The notes under the pieces were generated by a model that saw only the letters and a list, made by a program, of their open reading frames with translations, did not search any database and was not told the DNA's origin. DNA of 64,000 bases, from the IMG/VR virus record IMGVR_UViG_3300020374_000001. One strand, 5' to 3'. The translations under genes and the position numbers were made by a program. This document shows positions 1 through 9,717 of this stretch, in pieces. The stretch is from a virus (Duplodnaviria > Caudoviricetes). How positions within the stretch are numbered: position 1 is the stretch's first letter; each line of letters starts with the position of its first letter.

Positions 1-30
1 TCATATATTTTTTTCATAGTGTTTTTCTCC

Positions 31-396
31 TTATTTTAAATATAATGGACCAGTCCATTGAATTGGATAATTACCAGTAAGTACATTACCTCTGGCAGAA
101 TTTAAAGCAGGCGCATTGTAACCAGCGGCTTTCAATATATCACCTTTTTTAAAATGTTTAAAGTCTTCTTTTACAATAAAACAAAATACGCCGTTTTCTT
201 GTACAACTTTAATATACTTTTTACCTGGCATAATTCTAGTATTAGAATCCCATTTATTAGTTTGTTCTAAACTATAACCAGTTAATTCTTTCTTTCCATA
301 ACTAGTTGACATTGCAACATAGTCAGCCTTAGCACCAGCCATCATAAACTTAATGCCTTCTTCAAGTGTTTCACATTTTTGAGATACTTTTATCAT
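31..396 (-). CDS. Early hypothetical protein
   Basis: 121-aa ORF, AAGGA RBS, downstream of the sigma70-type promoter at 655-683; no family recognised. Confidence 0.75.
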   Translation of the reverse strand: MIKVSQKCETLEEGIKFMMAGAKADYVAMSTSYGKKELTGYSLEQTNKWDSNTRIMPGKKYIKVVQENGVFCFIVKEDFKHFKKGDILKAAGYNAPALNSARGNVLTGNYPIQWTGPLYLK

Positions 397-408
397 AGTG
401 TTTGTCCT

Positions 409-645
409 TTATTGTGTTTTATAATCGTTTAAGATTTTATTGATTGTGTTTTTCATATTAATATCAATTTTATCTTTGAAAAAATCAGACATTTCTGGTG
501 TCTGTTCTTTAATATCTTTCAAAATATCATTGATTCTTTTATAAACAATATTTCTTATTATCGGAATATTGCTATTTACAGCAAATTTAGACATATATAA
601 ATCGCCTAAAAATGATTCGTTTGTTTTTGTGTTTTTTGTTGTCAT
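409..645 (-). CDS. Early hypothetical protein
   Basis: 78-aa ORF starting 10 nt after the -10 box. Confidence 0.6.
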   Translation of the reverse strand: MTTKNTKTNESFLGDLYMSKFAVNSNIPIIRNIVYKRINDILKDIKEQTPEMSDFFKDKIDINMKNTINKILNDYKTQ

Positions 646-654
646 ATACTAAAT

Positions 655-683
655 AATATACAGGAAAACCAACCCGATTGCAA
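655..683 (-). promoter_or_regulatory. Sigma70-type early promoter (TTGCAA-N17-TATATT)
   Basis: Minus strand reads ttgcaa tcgggttggttttcctg tatatt, directly upstream of the leftward gene string. Confidence 0.7.
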
Positions 684-701
684 GCAAAAAATCCCGAAAA
701 T

Positions 702-881
702 ATGAAAAAAATGACGTTTTTTTTACTTTGTTCTCTTTTTGTTCTCATAAATTGTACAAAAATCAAGGAAAATTGCGAATATAGACCCGAATTTGAAGAA
801 AATAGCGAATCAATGAGCGAATCACTTGACGGAATTGCTCAAATAGAAATTTTACAACACAAAACACGTTGCCAATTTTAG
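702..881 (+). CDS. Small putative lipoprotein
   Basis: From ATG 702: MKK + hydrophobic stretch + LINC lipobox-like Cys; the TTG start at 678 coincides with the opposite -35 box and is unlikely. Confidence 0.4.
   Translation: MKKMTFFLLCSLFVLINCTKIKENCEYRPEFEENSESMSESLDGIAQIEILQHKTRCQF
730..744. promoter_or_regulatory. Putative alphaproteobacterial LexA (SOS) box GTTC-N7-GTTC
   Basis: gttc tcttttt gttc, exact direct-repeat geometry, next to the early promoter. Confidence 0.5.
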
Positions 882-889
882 GATAAATA
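882..889 (+). promoter_or_regulatory. T4-type late promoter variant GATAAATA
   Basis: One mismatch to TATAAATA, 6 nt before ATG 896. Confidence 0.5.
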
Positions 890-895
890 GTTTTT

Positions 896-1066
896 ATGAA
901 TAATAATACAGAATATTGTCTAAATTGTGGACACGAATCGCATTGTGGCGAAAATTGTTACAAAGATTACGGAGAATCTGAAAAAACTCTTTGTTGTACA
1001 AATTGTCGTTGCGAAAATGATGGAAAAAGTGGCAAATTAGATGAAGATTCTTTTAATGGAGCATAA
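896..1066 (+). CDS. Small Cys/His-rich protein, putative metal binder (not in ORF track)
   Basis: MNNNTEYCLNCGHESHCGENCYKDYGESEKTLCCTNCRCENDGKSGKLDEDSFNGA; 56 aa, 8 Cys, 2 His; fills the gap and stops 2 nt before the next ATG. Confidence 0.75.
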   Translation: MNNNTEYCLNCGHESHCGENCYKDYGESEKTLCCTNCRCENDGKSGKLDEDSFNGA

Positions 1067-1068
1067 TA

Positions 1069-1335
1069 ATGGCAAAAATGAGAATATTTAAGTTTTGGAA
1101 TGAAGCAGGTGACGAAAAAGAGAAAGAATCAATGAGTTTGAAAAAGGCAGTTATGTCAGTTCAAGGTGATTTTAAAGATGATGTTATAGGAGTTGAGTTT
1201 ATTAGTAAAAAAGGCAAAAAAATAGAAACTTCTATAAGAATACCAATAGGAAGAAAAATAAGACAATCGTTAATAGTAGAAAAACGAAGAGCAGCGTTAA
1301 AAGCAAAAAGAGAAGCAGATAGAAGAAGTGCATAA
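1069..1335 (+). CDS. Basic hypothetical protein
   Basis: 88-aa ORF, GGAG RBS, stop overlaps the PAAR start. Confidence 0.75.
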   Translation: MAKMRIFKFWNEAGDEKEKESMSLKKAVMSVQGDFKDDVIGVEFISKKGKKIETSIRIPIGRKIRQSLIVEKRRAALKAKREADRRSA

Positions 1336-1634
1336 TGCCAGCAGTTAGTAGAAAAGGAGATAGTTTAAGTACAGGACACATATGTGCTGGAACAACTATA
1401 CTTGCAACACCAGGACAATCAACGGTTAGAGCAAATAGTATATTGATTGCTAGACAAACTGATCCTACGGTATCACACCCTTTTCCACCATTACCACCTT
1501 GTGCGCCACACGTTGCAAAAGTTAATGTAGGAAGTACAACGGTTAGAGTATGTGGTTTACCAATTGCAAGAGTAGGTGATAGTACAGACGCAGGACAAAT
1601 GACTAAAGGTTCTTCTAATGTTTTCTCTGGTTAG
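1335..1634 (+). CDS. PAAR spike-tip protein (T4 gp5.4-like)
   Basis: PAVSRKGD, IARQTD, PIARVGD PAAR motifs, His/Cys metal ligands, GSSNVF end. Confidence 0.92.
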   Translation: MPAVSRKGDSLSTGHICAGTTILATPGQSTVRANSILIARQTDPTVSHPFPPLPPCAPHVAKVNVGSTTVRVCGLPIARVGDSTDAGQMTKGSSNVFSG

Positions 1635-1636
1635 AG

Positions 1637-1644
1637 TATAAATA
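1637..1644 (+). promoter_or_regulatory. T4-type late promoter TATAAATA
   Basis: Exact consensus before gp25. Confidence 0.85.
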
Positions 1645-1652
1645 TAAGAGAT

Positions 1653-2078
1653 ATGCCAAACTACGATGCTAGTAATACTAATAACTCTAAAAGAGCAAAT
1701 AGAATCTATAAAGATTTAGATTTAAACTTTGGTCGTAATAAAGTTACTAATGATGTAAATAAACTGACAGATGTAGAGGCAGTTAAACGAAGTGTTAGAA
1801 ATTTGATTAACACAAATCATTATGAGAGACCTTTTCATCCTGAAATAGGAAGTGATGTTAGAGGAATGTTGTTTGAACCAATGACACCTCTTACTGCTCT
1901 TAATTTACAAAGAAAAGTTGCTGAAGTTTTAAATAATTTTGAACCAAGAATCAATTTACAACAGGTATTAGCAAGTCCTGACATTGATAGAAATAGTTAT
2001 GAATTAAAAATTATGTTTTATGTTATTGGATCAAATGAACCAGTAGTAGTAGAAACATTTTTAGAAAGATTAAGATAA
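1653..2078 (+). CDS. gp25: Baseplate wedge subunit gp25
   Basis: YKDLDL, AVKRSVRNLI, ERPFHPEIGS, FEPRI motifs. Confidence 0.93.
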   Translation: MPNYDASNTNNSKRANRIYKDLDLNFGRNKVTNDVNKLTDVEAVKRSVRNLINTNHYERPFHPEIGSDVRGMLFEPMTPLTALNLQRKVAEVLNNFEPRINLQQVLASPDIDRNSYELKIMFYVIGSNEPVVVETFLERLR

Positions 2079-2079
2079 A

Positions 2080-3921
2080 ATGGCAAGTAATAAGTTCGTA
2101 GTATCAGATTTAGATTTTGACGCAATAAAATCAAATTTAAAAGCATTCTTACAAGATCAACCAGAGTTTTCAGATTATAATTTTGAAGGATCAGGTTTTG
2201 CTGTTTTAATAGATACATTAGCATACAATACACACTATCTAGGTTTCAATGCTAATATGGTTGCAAATGAAATGTACCTAGACTCTGCTGATATTAGAAA
2301 AAATGTAGTTTCATTAGCAAAGATGTTAGGATATGTGCCATCATCTTGTAGATCACCTATTGCAAACGTAGATATAACTTTAAACAATGCTACAGGTTCA
2401 TCGGTTACAATGGATAAAGGAACAACCTTTACATCAACAATAGATAATTTAACTTATCAGTTTGTAACTAACCAAGAATCAACAATCACACCTGCAGATG
2501 GTGTTTATAAATTTTCAGGTGTAGATTTATATGAAGGTACTTTAGTTTCATTTAGATATACGGTTGATAGTACAGATGTTGACCAAAGATTTATTATACC
2601 AAGTGTAAATGCTGATACATCTACATTAAAAGTAATTGTACAAAACTCAGCAACTGATTCAACGCAAAATGTTTATACATTAGCGGCTGGTTTAAAAAGT
2701 TTAGATAATACATCAAAGGCATATTTTTTACAAGAAACAGATACAGGTAAATTTGAAATATATTTTGGCGATGATATATTAGGTAAAAAATTATCAGATG
2801 GTAACATTGTAATTTTAGAATACATAGTTACAAATAAAGATGAAGCAAACGGCGCTTCTGCTTTTAATGTTTCAAGTTCAGTAGGTGGTTTTTCAGACGT
2901 ATCTATTGTAACTAATTCAAATGCTCAAGGTGGTTCTGATCCAGAAACAAAAGAATCAATTAGATTTAATGCACCTTTACAATATACATCACAAGACAGA
3001 GCAGTTACAACAACAGATTACGAAACTTTAGTAAGATCAATTTATCCTAATGCAACTTCTATAAGTGCTTGGGGTGGTGAAGATGACGAAACACCTGTTT
3101 ACGGTGTTGTTAAGATTGCTGTAAAAGGTCAATCAGGTGTTCCTTTAACTAATGCAACAAAATTAGATATAGTTACAAAATTAAAACCTTATAATGTTGC
3201 TTCAGTAAGACCAGAAATAATTGATCCAATAACAACTTCAATTGTGTTAGTAGTCAATGCTAAGTTTGATAAAAAATCAACTGCTAAAACTTCAGACACA
3301 TTAAGATCAGAAATTATAAGTGCAATAAATGATTACAATAATAATACATTAAAAGCGTTTGATGGTGTATTCAGACATTCAAAAGTAACAGGTATTATAG
3401 ATGACGTAGATAGTTCTATTTTATCTAATATAACAAATGTAAAAGTTAGAAAAGATTTTACACCTACTTTAAACTCATCTACAAAATACGATATATATTT
3501 TAGAAACGCAATTTACAATCCACATTCAGGACACGAATCAGTTTTATCATCTACTGGATTTAAAGTATCTGGTAATAATAATGAAATGTTTTTAGATGAT
3601 GATGGTATGGGAAATGTTAGAGTTTATTATCTAGTAAGTGGTATTAAAACCGTTCACAATGCTACACAAGGTACAATTAATTACGGAACAGGACAAGTTA
3701 CTATTAATTCTTTAGATGTTAATTCAATTTCAAATATTAGAGGTTCTGCTTCAACTAAAATTGAGGTAACCGTTTCTCCTAGTTCAAATGACGTTGTTCC
3801 TGTAAGAGATCAAATTTTAGAAATAGATGTTTCTAATTCTATTGTTAATGTTACCGAGGATACTTTTGTAGGAGGATCATCCGAGGCAGGAGTAGGATAC
3901 ACAACTTCATCAAGTTACTAA
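2080..3921 (+). CDS. gp6: Baseplate wedge subunit gp6
   Basis: LDFDAIKSNLK, FSDYNFEGS, LAYNTHY, QDRAVTTTDY; 613 aa after gp25. Confidence 0.95.
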   Translation: MASNKFVVSDLDFDAIKSNLKAFLQDQPEFSDYNFEGSGFAVLIDTLAYNTHYLGFNANMVANEMYLDSADIRKNVVSLAKMLGYVPSSCRSPIANVDITLNNATGSSVTMDKGTTFTSTIDNLTYQFVTNQESTITPADGVYKFSGVDLYEGTLVSFRYTVDSTDVDQRFIIPSVNADTSTLKVIVQNSATDSTQNVYTLAAGLKSLDNTSKAYFLQETDTGKFEIYFGDDILGKKLSDGNIVILEYIVTNKDEANGASAFNVSSSVGGFSDVSIVTNSNAQGGSDPETKESIRFNAPLQYTSQDRAVTTTDYETLVRSIYPNATSISAWGGEDDETPVYGVVKIAVKGQSGVPLTNATKLDIVTKLKPYNVASVRPEIIDPITTSIVLVVNAKFDKKSTAKTSDTLRSEIISAINDYNNNTLKAFDGVFRHSKVTGIIDDVDSSILSNITNVKVRKDFTPTLNSSTKYDIYFRNAIYNPHSGHESVLSSTGFKVSGNNNEMFLDDDGMGNVRVYYLVSGIKTVHNATQGTINYGTGQVTINSLDVNSISNIRGSASTKIEVTVSPSSNDVVPVRDQILEIDVSNSIVNVTEDTFVGGSSEAGVGYTTSSSY

Positions 3922-3925
3922 TGCA

Positions 3926-6511
3926 ATGGCAAAATTTAATGAAAAAATTTCATCGCTTATTAGTAGTCAATTACCAGATTTTGTAGTTGACGATCACCCA
4001 CAATTTGTTCAATTTTTAAAAACTTATTTTCAATTTATGGAATCTGCTATGTTGCAGGTTACAAGTATTGAATCAACAGACGGTGTAACTTTAGAAAATG
4101 AAACTGGTCTACAAGATAACTTATTATTAGACGGTTCAAAAATAACTTCAGAAAGAACACAATCAGACGCTGGTGATAAAATAATTTATGAAGATACTAC
4201 ATATGGTTCATTTACGGTTGGTGAAACTATAACAGGTCTTACATCAAAGGCAACTGCTAAAGTTATTGCTGAAGATTTAGCAAATGGCAAAATTTTCATA
4301 ACAGCACAAGATAGATTTTCTTTAAATGAAATTATAACAGGTAATGATTCTGGTGCTGAGGCAGTAATTAATAACTATCGTCCTAATCCTGTAAACAATG
4401 TTCAACAACTTACAAACTTTAGAGATCCAGATAAAGTTATTTCAAACTTTTTATCAAACTTTAGAGATGAGTTTTTAAAAACAATACCTGAAACTTTAGC
4501 AAACGGAATAGATAAAAGAAGTCTAATTAAAAATATTAAATCATTGTACCGTATGAAAGGTACACAAAAAGGACACGAATTATTTTTTAGAATATTATTT
4601 AATCAAGTATCAGAAACATTTTATCCTAGATCACAAATGTTACGTGTATCTGATGGACAATGGGATACACAAAAAGTTTTAAGAGCAATTGCTTCAACAG
4701 GTAATACAACTAATTTAGTTGGTAGAACAATTACAGGAAAAACATCAGCGGCAACTGCTGTAATAGAAAGTATTAAGAAATTTATTATTGCAAATAGAGA
4801 AGTTTCTGAATTTATATTAAACATAAACTCAATGACTGGTACTTTTCAAATAGGAGAAGAAATAACTGGTACTGCTAGTGATACAGATGACTTTTTTATT
4901 AAGGCAACCGTTACAGGTATACCAGGTGCAAAAACAATTACTAATGATGGTAACTTATATTCTACTGGAGATTTTTTAGAAGTAACTGGTGGCGGTACTG
5001 GTGCTGATATTTCTATTAGTGATATAGGATCAGGACCTGTATCAGAAATTGTTGTTGACAATCCAGGATCAGGTTATTCTGTTGGCGATAAATTAGTTTT
5101 TGATAATTCAGGCACACAAGGAGTTAATGCAGAAGGATTTATTTCTGTTGTTAACGGTGGTATTTCTGGTGAATCAGGAACAGACGCTGAACATATTGTA
5201 ATGGAAGATGAAACAGGTAGAGGAGATCAATACTTTGGAAATAAAATTGTTTTAGAACCTGAAACAAACTCTAACTTAAATGATATTACAGATATATTTT
5301 TAATTAATAAAGGTAGTGGTTATACAACTTTACCTAAAGTAACTATAACATCTTCAGGAACTAACGCAAATATTTTAGCACACGGTACTGATATAGGAAG
5401 AGTTATAGGATTAAAAACAAACGAATTAGGAGAAGGTTATCAAAACTCTCCAACACCTACAATTAAATTTAGAAATTGTTTATTACTTACTAACAAGTCA
5501 GGTAACTTTAATGCCAATGATACTATTACAGGTGGCACTTCAGGTGCTGTTGGTAAACTTTCTTTTTATGACGCTGATACAAGTTTATTAAAAGTAAAAG
5601 ATTTAAATAAAAATTTTGATTTAAATGAAACAATAACATCAACAAGTAGTGGATCAGCAACAATAACAAGATTAGATGTTGCTAGTGCTACGATAGATGT
5701 AGTTTCTGTTGCAGATACAGATGGTAAATTTTTAAATGAAGATGGTTATGTATCTGAGCAAACTATGAAAGTACAAGATAGTTTATACTATCAGGATTTT
5801 TCTTATGTATTAAAAGTAGGTCAATCTATTAATGATTGGCGAGACTCATTTAAAAAGACTATGCACACAGCAGGTTTTTATTTTACAGGACAAGTTGATT
5901 TACAAAATAGATTAAGTTTAAAAGTTAGGGCGCCAGTTGCTGGTATTGTATCAGGTGAAATAGATACTCCATTATTTAATGTATTGAACGTATTGTTTAC
6001 AACCGTTTTTGGTAGAAGATTAGGAACAATAGATGATGGAACAACTTTAAGATCAGATGTTTTAACTGAAGGTGAAATGAGCGCAGGTGATGATTATAGA
6101 GATCCGTTTACTTCAAATACTAGAGATTTAACTTTAAGAAGGATGCCTATTGAAATTAGTATGACAAGTAGGCATAGAGCAATAATAGATGGCGTAGAAG
6201 TTAAACAAGGATACGCATATGCAGGACCTACTTTTGGTACATTAAACAAATACGCAAATACAATATTTGGTATAAATTCATTCGGAAGTAAAATAACATT
6301 TAAAGAATTAAGTGCTATACCAATACAAGGAACAAGAACATCTTTAGATGGAAGAGGTGGTATATTTTTAGCGTCTTCAAATACAGATGGTCAGTTATTA
6401 AAGACTAATTTTGCAATGCCTACACAATTTGCATTATCTCAGGAATCCTTTGATAATACGGTTACTAATTTTGCTCAAACAACCGTATCTTTTGATGATA
6501 CAACCCCATAG
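3926..6511 (+). CDS. gp7: Baseplate wedge initiator gp7-like
   Basis: QLPDFV..HPQFVQFLKTYFQF, LIKNIKSLYRMKGT, QDSLYYQDFSYVLK; between gp6 and gp8. Confidence 0.8.
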   Translation: MAKFNEKISSLISSQLPDFVVDDHPQFVQFLKTYFQFMESAMLQVTSIESTDGVTLENETGLQDNLLLDGSKITSERTQSDAGDKIIYEDTTYGSFTVGETITGLTSKATAKVIAEDLANGKIFITAQDRFSLNEIITGNDSGAEAVINNYRPNPVNNVQQLTNFRDPDKVISNFLSNFRDEFLKTIPETLANGIDKRSLIKNIKSLYRMKGTQKGHELFFRILFNQVSETFYPRSQMLRVSDGQWDTQKVLRAIASTGNTTNLVGRTITGKTSAATAVIESIKKFIIANREVSEFILNINSMTGTFQIGEEITGTASDTDDFFIKATVTGIPGAKTITNDGNLYSTGDFLEVTGGGTGADISISDIGSGPVSEIVVDNPGSGYSVGDKLVFDNSGTQGVNAEGFISVVNGGISGESGTDAEHIVMEDETGRGDQYFGNKIVLEPETNSNLNDITDIFLINKGSGYTTLPKVTITSSGTNANILAHGTDIGRVIGLKTNELGEGYQNSPTPTIKFRNCLLLTNKSGNFNANDTITGGTSGAVGKLSFYDADTSLLKVKDLNKNFDLNETITSTSSGSATITRLDVASATIDVVSVADTDGKFLNEDGYVSEQTMKVQDSLYYQDFSYVLKVGQSINDWRDSFKKTMHTAGFYFTGQVDLQNRLSLKVRAPVAGIVSGEIDTPLFNVLNVLFTTVFGRRLGTIDDGTTLRSDVLTEGEMSAGDDYRDPFTSNTRDLTLRRMPIEISMTSRHRAIIDGVEVKQGYAYAGPTFGTLNKYANTIFGINSFGSKITFKELSAIPIQGTRTSLDGRGGIFLASSNTDGQLLKTNFAMPTQFALSQESFDNTVTNFAQTTVSFDDTTP

Positions 6512-6518
6512 GAATGTT

Positions 6519-6526
6519 TATAAATA
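6519..6526 (+). promoter_or_regulatory. T4-type late promoter TATAAATA
   Basis: Exact consensus, intergenic. Confidence 0.85.
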
Positions 6527-6549
6527 GTATAAGGAAATAGGAAAAAGAA

Positions 6550-8172
6550 ATGGCAAAACAATCAATTAATAGAGGAACCGCTGCTAATGATGGAACAGGT
6601 GATAATTTAAGAGCAGGTGCTCAAAAAGTTAACAACAATTTTGACGAATTGTATAATGCGTTAGGCAATGGTACTACCTTAACTTCAGGTAATTATTTAA
6701 CAGACGCTTCTACTAATGTCTTAACAAATAAAACAATTAATGGTCCTGATAATACAATTACAAATATTCCTAGTAGTGCATTAGCAAGTTTACCAAATAC
6801 AAAATTAGATAATTCAACTATTACAATTACAGGTGATGGTGCCGCTACTTCAGCAATAGATTTAGGTGATACTTTAACTATTGAAGGTGGTACAGGAATT
6901 ACAACTACCGTAACAGCAGATAAAGTTAAAATTGATATAGACGGTGTAGTTCTAACAGAAACATCAACTGATACATTAACAAACAAAACAATTTCAGGTT
7001 CTACAAATACCTTAACTAGTATAGATAATACTTCTTTATCAAATTCAACGGTTTCATATGGTGGTGTACAACTTTCTTTAGGTGGTGTTGACGCTACTCC
7101 TGCTTTTGATTTAGCAGACGCAACAAATTATCCTACAAGTTCATTATCAGGAACAATTACAAATGCTCAATTAGCAGGTTCTATTGCAAATGATAAACTT
7201 TCAAATAGTACAATTAGATTTGGTGATGATTCATCTACTAACTATAATGTTGGTTTAGGTGAAAGTTTTGAAATTGTAGGTGGTTCAGGTGTTACTACTG
7301 CAATTACAAATAATAGAATAGTATTAAATGTTTCTTCAGTACCTAACACTTCACTTGCTAATTCATCAATTACAATTGGTGATACTGCTACTGCTTTAGG
7401 TGGAACATTAACATCAACAGCAAATTTAAACTTAACTGGTACATCTTCACTATCAGGTACAGGTACCGTTGATTTAACTGGTGCAGGTTCTAAAATAAGA
7501 TTTGATTTTGCAGGTTACGGTTCTTTACCAACTGCTTCAACTTATGTTGGAATGTATGCTTATGATAGTACAGGTAACAGACCTTACTATTCTTCAGGTA
7601 GTGGTTGGGTTAGAGTATTAGATGAAAACTCTTCCGTTTCAGCACATACAGATGTTAATATGACTGGTGTTGCAGACGGCAATGTTTTATCTTGGAGTTC
7701 AGCACAAGGAAGATTTAATGTCGGTGCTCCATCTGCTGGTTCAGTTGCATTAAACGATATAACAGATGTTGTAAATACTTCGCCTACGGCAGGTATGTCT
7801 TTAGTTTATAATGGTACAAATTGGGTACAAGCAACAACTCCAGTATCTCAATTTATAGTAACTGCTTCAGACGCAAATGGTTATGAGTTTCAAGGTGCAG
7901 GATTCCCTGCAGGTCAAAGTGCTGATAATCCTGATTTACACTTGAAAAAAGGTCAAACTTATTACTTTAGAAATACATCTAGTGGACACCCTTTTAGAAT
8001 ACAATCAACAACAGGTACAGGTGGTACTGCGTATAATACTGGTGTTACTGACAATAATGCTTCAGGACCTAATGGTGTTATTGTATTTCATATACCGATG
8101 GACGCCCCAGCAACACTTTATTACCAATGTACATCACATACAAATATGGTAGGAAACATTAACATAACATAA
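6550..8172 (+). CDS. Baseplate/fibre protein with gp9/gp10-type N-terminus and C-terminal cupredoxin-like domain
   Basis: INRGTAANDGTGDNLRAGAQKVNNNFDELY N-terminal motif; T/S/G-rich shaft; GHPF...YYQCTSHTNMVG C-terminus. Confidence 0.8.
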   Translation: MAKQSINRGTAANDGTGDNLRAGAQKVNNNFDELYNALGNGTTLTSGNYLTDASTNVLTNKTINGPDNTITNIPSSALASLPNTKLDNSTITITGDGAATSAIDLGDTLTIEGGTGITTTVTADKVKIDIDGVVLTETSTDTLTNKTISGSTNTLTSIDNTSLSNSTVSYGGVQLSLGGVDATPAFDLADATNYPTSSLSGTITNAQLAGSIANDKLSNSTIRFGDDSSTNYNVGLGESFEIVGGSGVTTAITNNRIVLNVSSVPNTSLANSSITIGDTATALGGTLTSTANLNLTGTSSLSGTGTVDLTGAGSKIRFDFAGYGSLPTASTYVGMYAYDSTGNRPYYSSGSGWVRVLDENSSVSAHTDVNMTGVADGNVLSWSSAQGRFNVGAPSAGSVALNDITDVVNTSPTAGMSLVYNGTNWVQATTPVSQFIVTASDANGYEFQGAGFPAGQSADNPDLHLKKGQTYYFRNTSSGHPFRIQSTTGTGGTAYNTGVTDNNASGPNGVIVFHIPMDAPATLYYQCTSHTNMVGNINIT

Positions 8173-8182
8173 TGAAAAGTAG

Positions 8183-8190
8183 TATAAATA
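8183..8190 (+). promoter_or_regulatory. T4-type late promoter TATAAATA
   Basis: Exact consensus, intergenic. Confidence 0.85.
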
Positions 8191-8209
8191 TAAGAAAGAA
8201 TTAGGAATT

Positions 8210-9706
8210 ATGCCAGCAATTATAACAAATAAATTTAGATTAAACAACGCTGAACAATTTGCAGAATCATTTTCTGAAACAGCAAACAACGTCTATTATC
8301 TAGGTATTGGAAGACCACAACCTTTTGGTACTTTAACAAGACCAGACGGAAGAACAGATTACGAAGGTACAGACGCATTACCAAATACACCTGCTGATTC
8401 AACAGGTAGAGAATTTTATACTTTTGACGATTTAGTTGCTGCTAAAAGAGTACAATCTTCAGATGTTGCTTTTGTAATACCAAGAAGAAACTGGACTTCA
8501 GGTGTTGTTTACGATACTTACAGACACGACTACGGAGAATATACAACAGGATCAACAAGTGTAAGAAAAACATCAAATAGTGGTTCAACAACTTTATTTG
8601 ATTCTACTTTTTACGTATTATCTTCAGCAAGAAACGTATATAAATGTTTAGATAACAATGGTGGTGCTGTTTCAACAGACGAACCAACTGGTGTATCAAC
8701 TTCAGTAATTACAACTACTGACTCATATAAATGGAAATTTATGTACACACTTTCTGCTGCTCAACAAGCAAATTTCTTATCAACAGATTTTATGGCAGTT
8801 TCGCCAAACTCTAGTCCAGGGGCAGATCAATCAAATGTTATTTCTGCTGCTGTAGATGGAGGAATTGATATAGTTAATATTAAGGCAGGTGGATCAGGTG
8901 GTACTAACGGAACATTTACAGGAATACAAATAAGAGGAGATGGTTCTGGTGGTGTTGCTACGGTAGTAGTCGGTGGTGGACAAGTAACTTCAGTAACCGT
9001 AACTACTCCAGGAACAGGATATACTTTTGCAACAATCAGTAATGCTCAAATAGTTGCCGCTGGTGCAACTAACTTAGCAGGTTCTGAATTAGATGTAATT
9101 ATTCCACCTAAAGGTGGACACGGTGCAAATGCACAAGAAGAATTAGGTGCTTTCTTTGTAATGATGAATACAAGTTTAGAAGGAACAGAATCAGCAAACT
9201 CTGGTGACTTTTCTGCTGTAAACGATTTTAGAAAAATTGCATTATTAAGAGATCCAACAAAATCCAATTCTGCTGTAACTGGTAATACTGCTAGATTAAC
9301 AAAGGCAATTAAAATTGCTACTTCTCCTACACCAGGTACTTTTACGGTTGACGAAGAAATTAATCAGGCAACAACAGGTGCTGTCGGTAAAGTTGTAGAG
9401 TGGGACGCAACAAACAAAATTTTATACTACATACAAACAAGGCATAATGACGCTGGTGTTGACGCAGACGGAAACCTAACTGCGTTTTCAGGTGCTAATG
9501 TTATTACAGGTCAAGGTGGTAGTGCTCCTACAGGAACACCTGACACTTCATCAACAGGAACGGTTAACAATGTTTCATTTACTTCAGGATATTCAGTTCC
9601 TGAAATAGACCACGATACTGGCGATGTACTTTATATTGAAAATAGAACACCGATACAAAGGGCACCAGACCAAACGGAAAACATTAAACTGGTCATAGAA
9701 TTTTAA
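8210..9706 (+). CDS. gp8: Baseplate wedge subunit gp8
   Basis: MPAIITNKFR, IPRRNWTSG, VYKCLDN, YKWKFMY, GDVLYIENR..QTENIKLVIEF. Confidence 0.92.
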   Translation: MPAIITNKFRLNNAEQFAESFSETANNVYYLGIGRPQPFGTLTRPDGRTDYEGTDALPNTPADSTGREFYTFDDLVAAKRVQSSDVAFVIPRRNWTSGVVYDTYRHDYGEYTTGSTSVRKTSNSGSTTLFDSTFYVLSSARNVYKCLDNNGGAVSTDEPTGVSTSVITTTDSYKWKFMYTLSAAQQANFLSTDFMAVSPNSSPGADQSNVISAAVDGGIDIVNIKAGGSGGTNGTFTGIQIRGDGSGGVATVVVGGGQVTSVTVTTPGTGYTFATISNAQIVAAGATNLAGSELDVIIPPKGGHGANAQEELGAFFVMMNTSLEGTESANSGDFSAVNDFRKIALLRDPTKSNSAVTGNTARLTKAIKIATSPTPGTFTVDEEINQATTGAVGKVVEWDATNKILYYIQTRHNDAGVDADGNLTAFSGANVITGQGGSAPTGTPDTSSTGTVNNVSFTSGYSVPEIDHDTGDVLYIENRTPIQRAPDQTENIKLVIEF

Positions 9707-9717
9707 GGGGTAATTAA

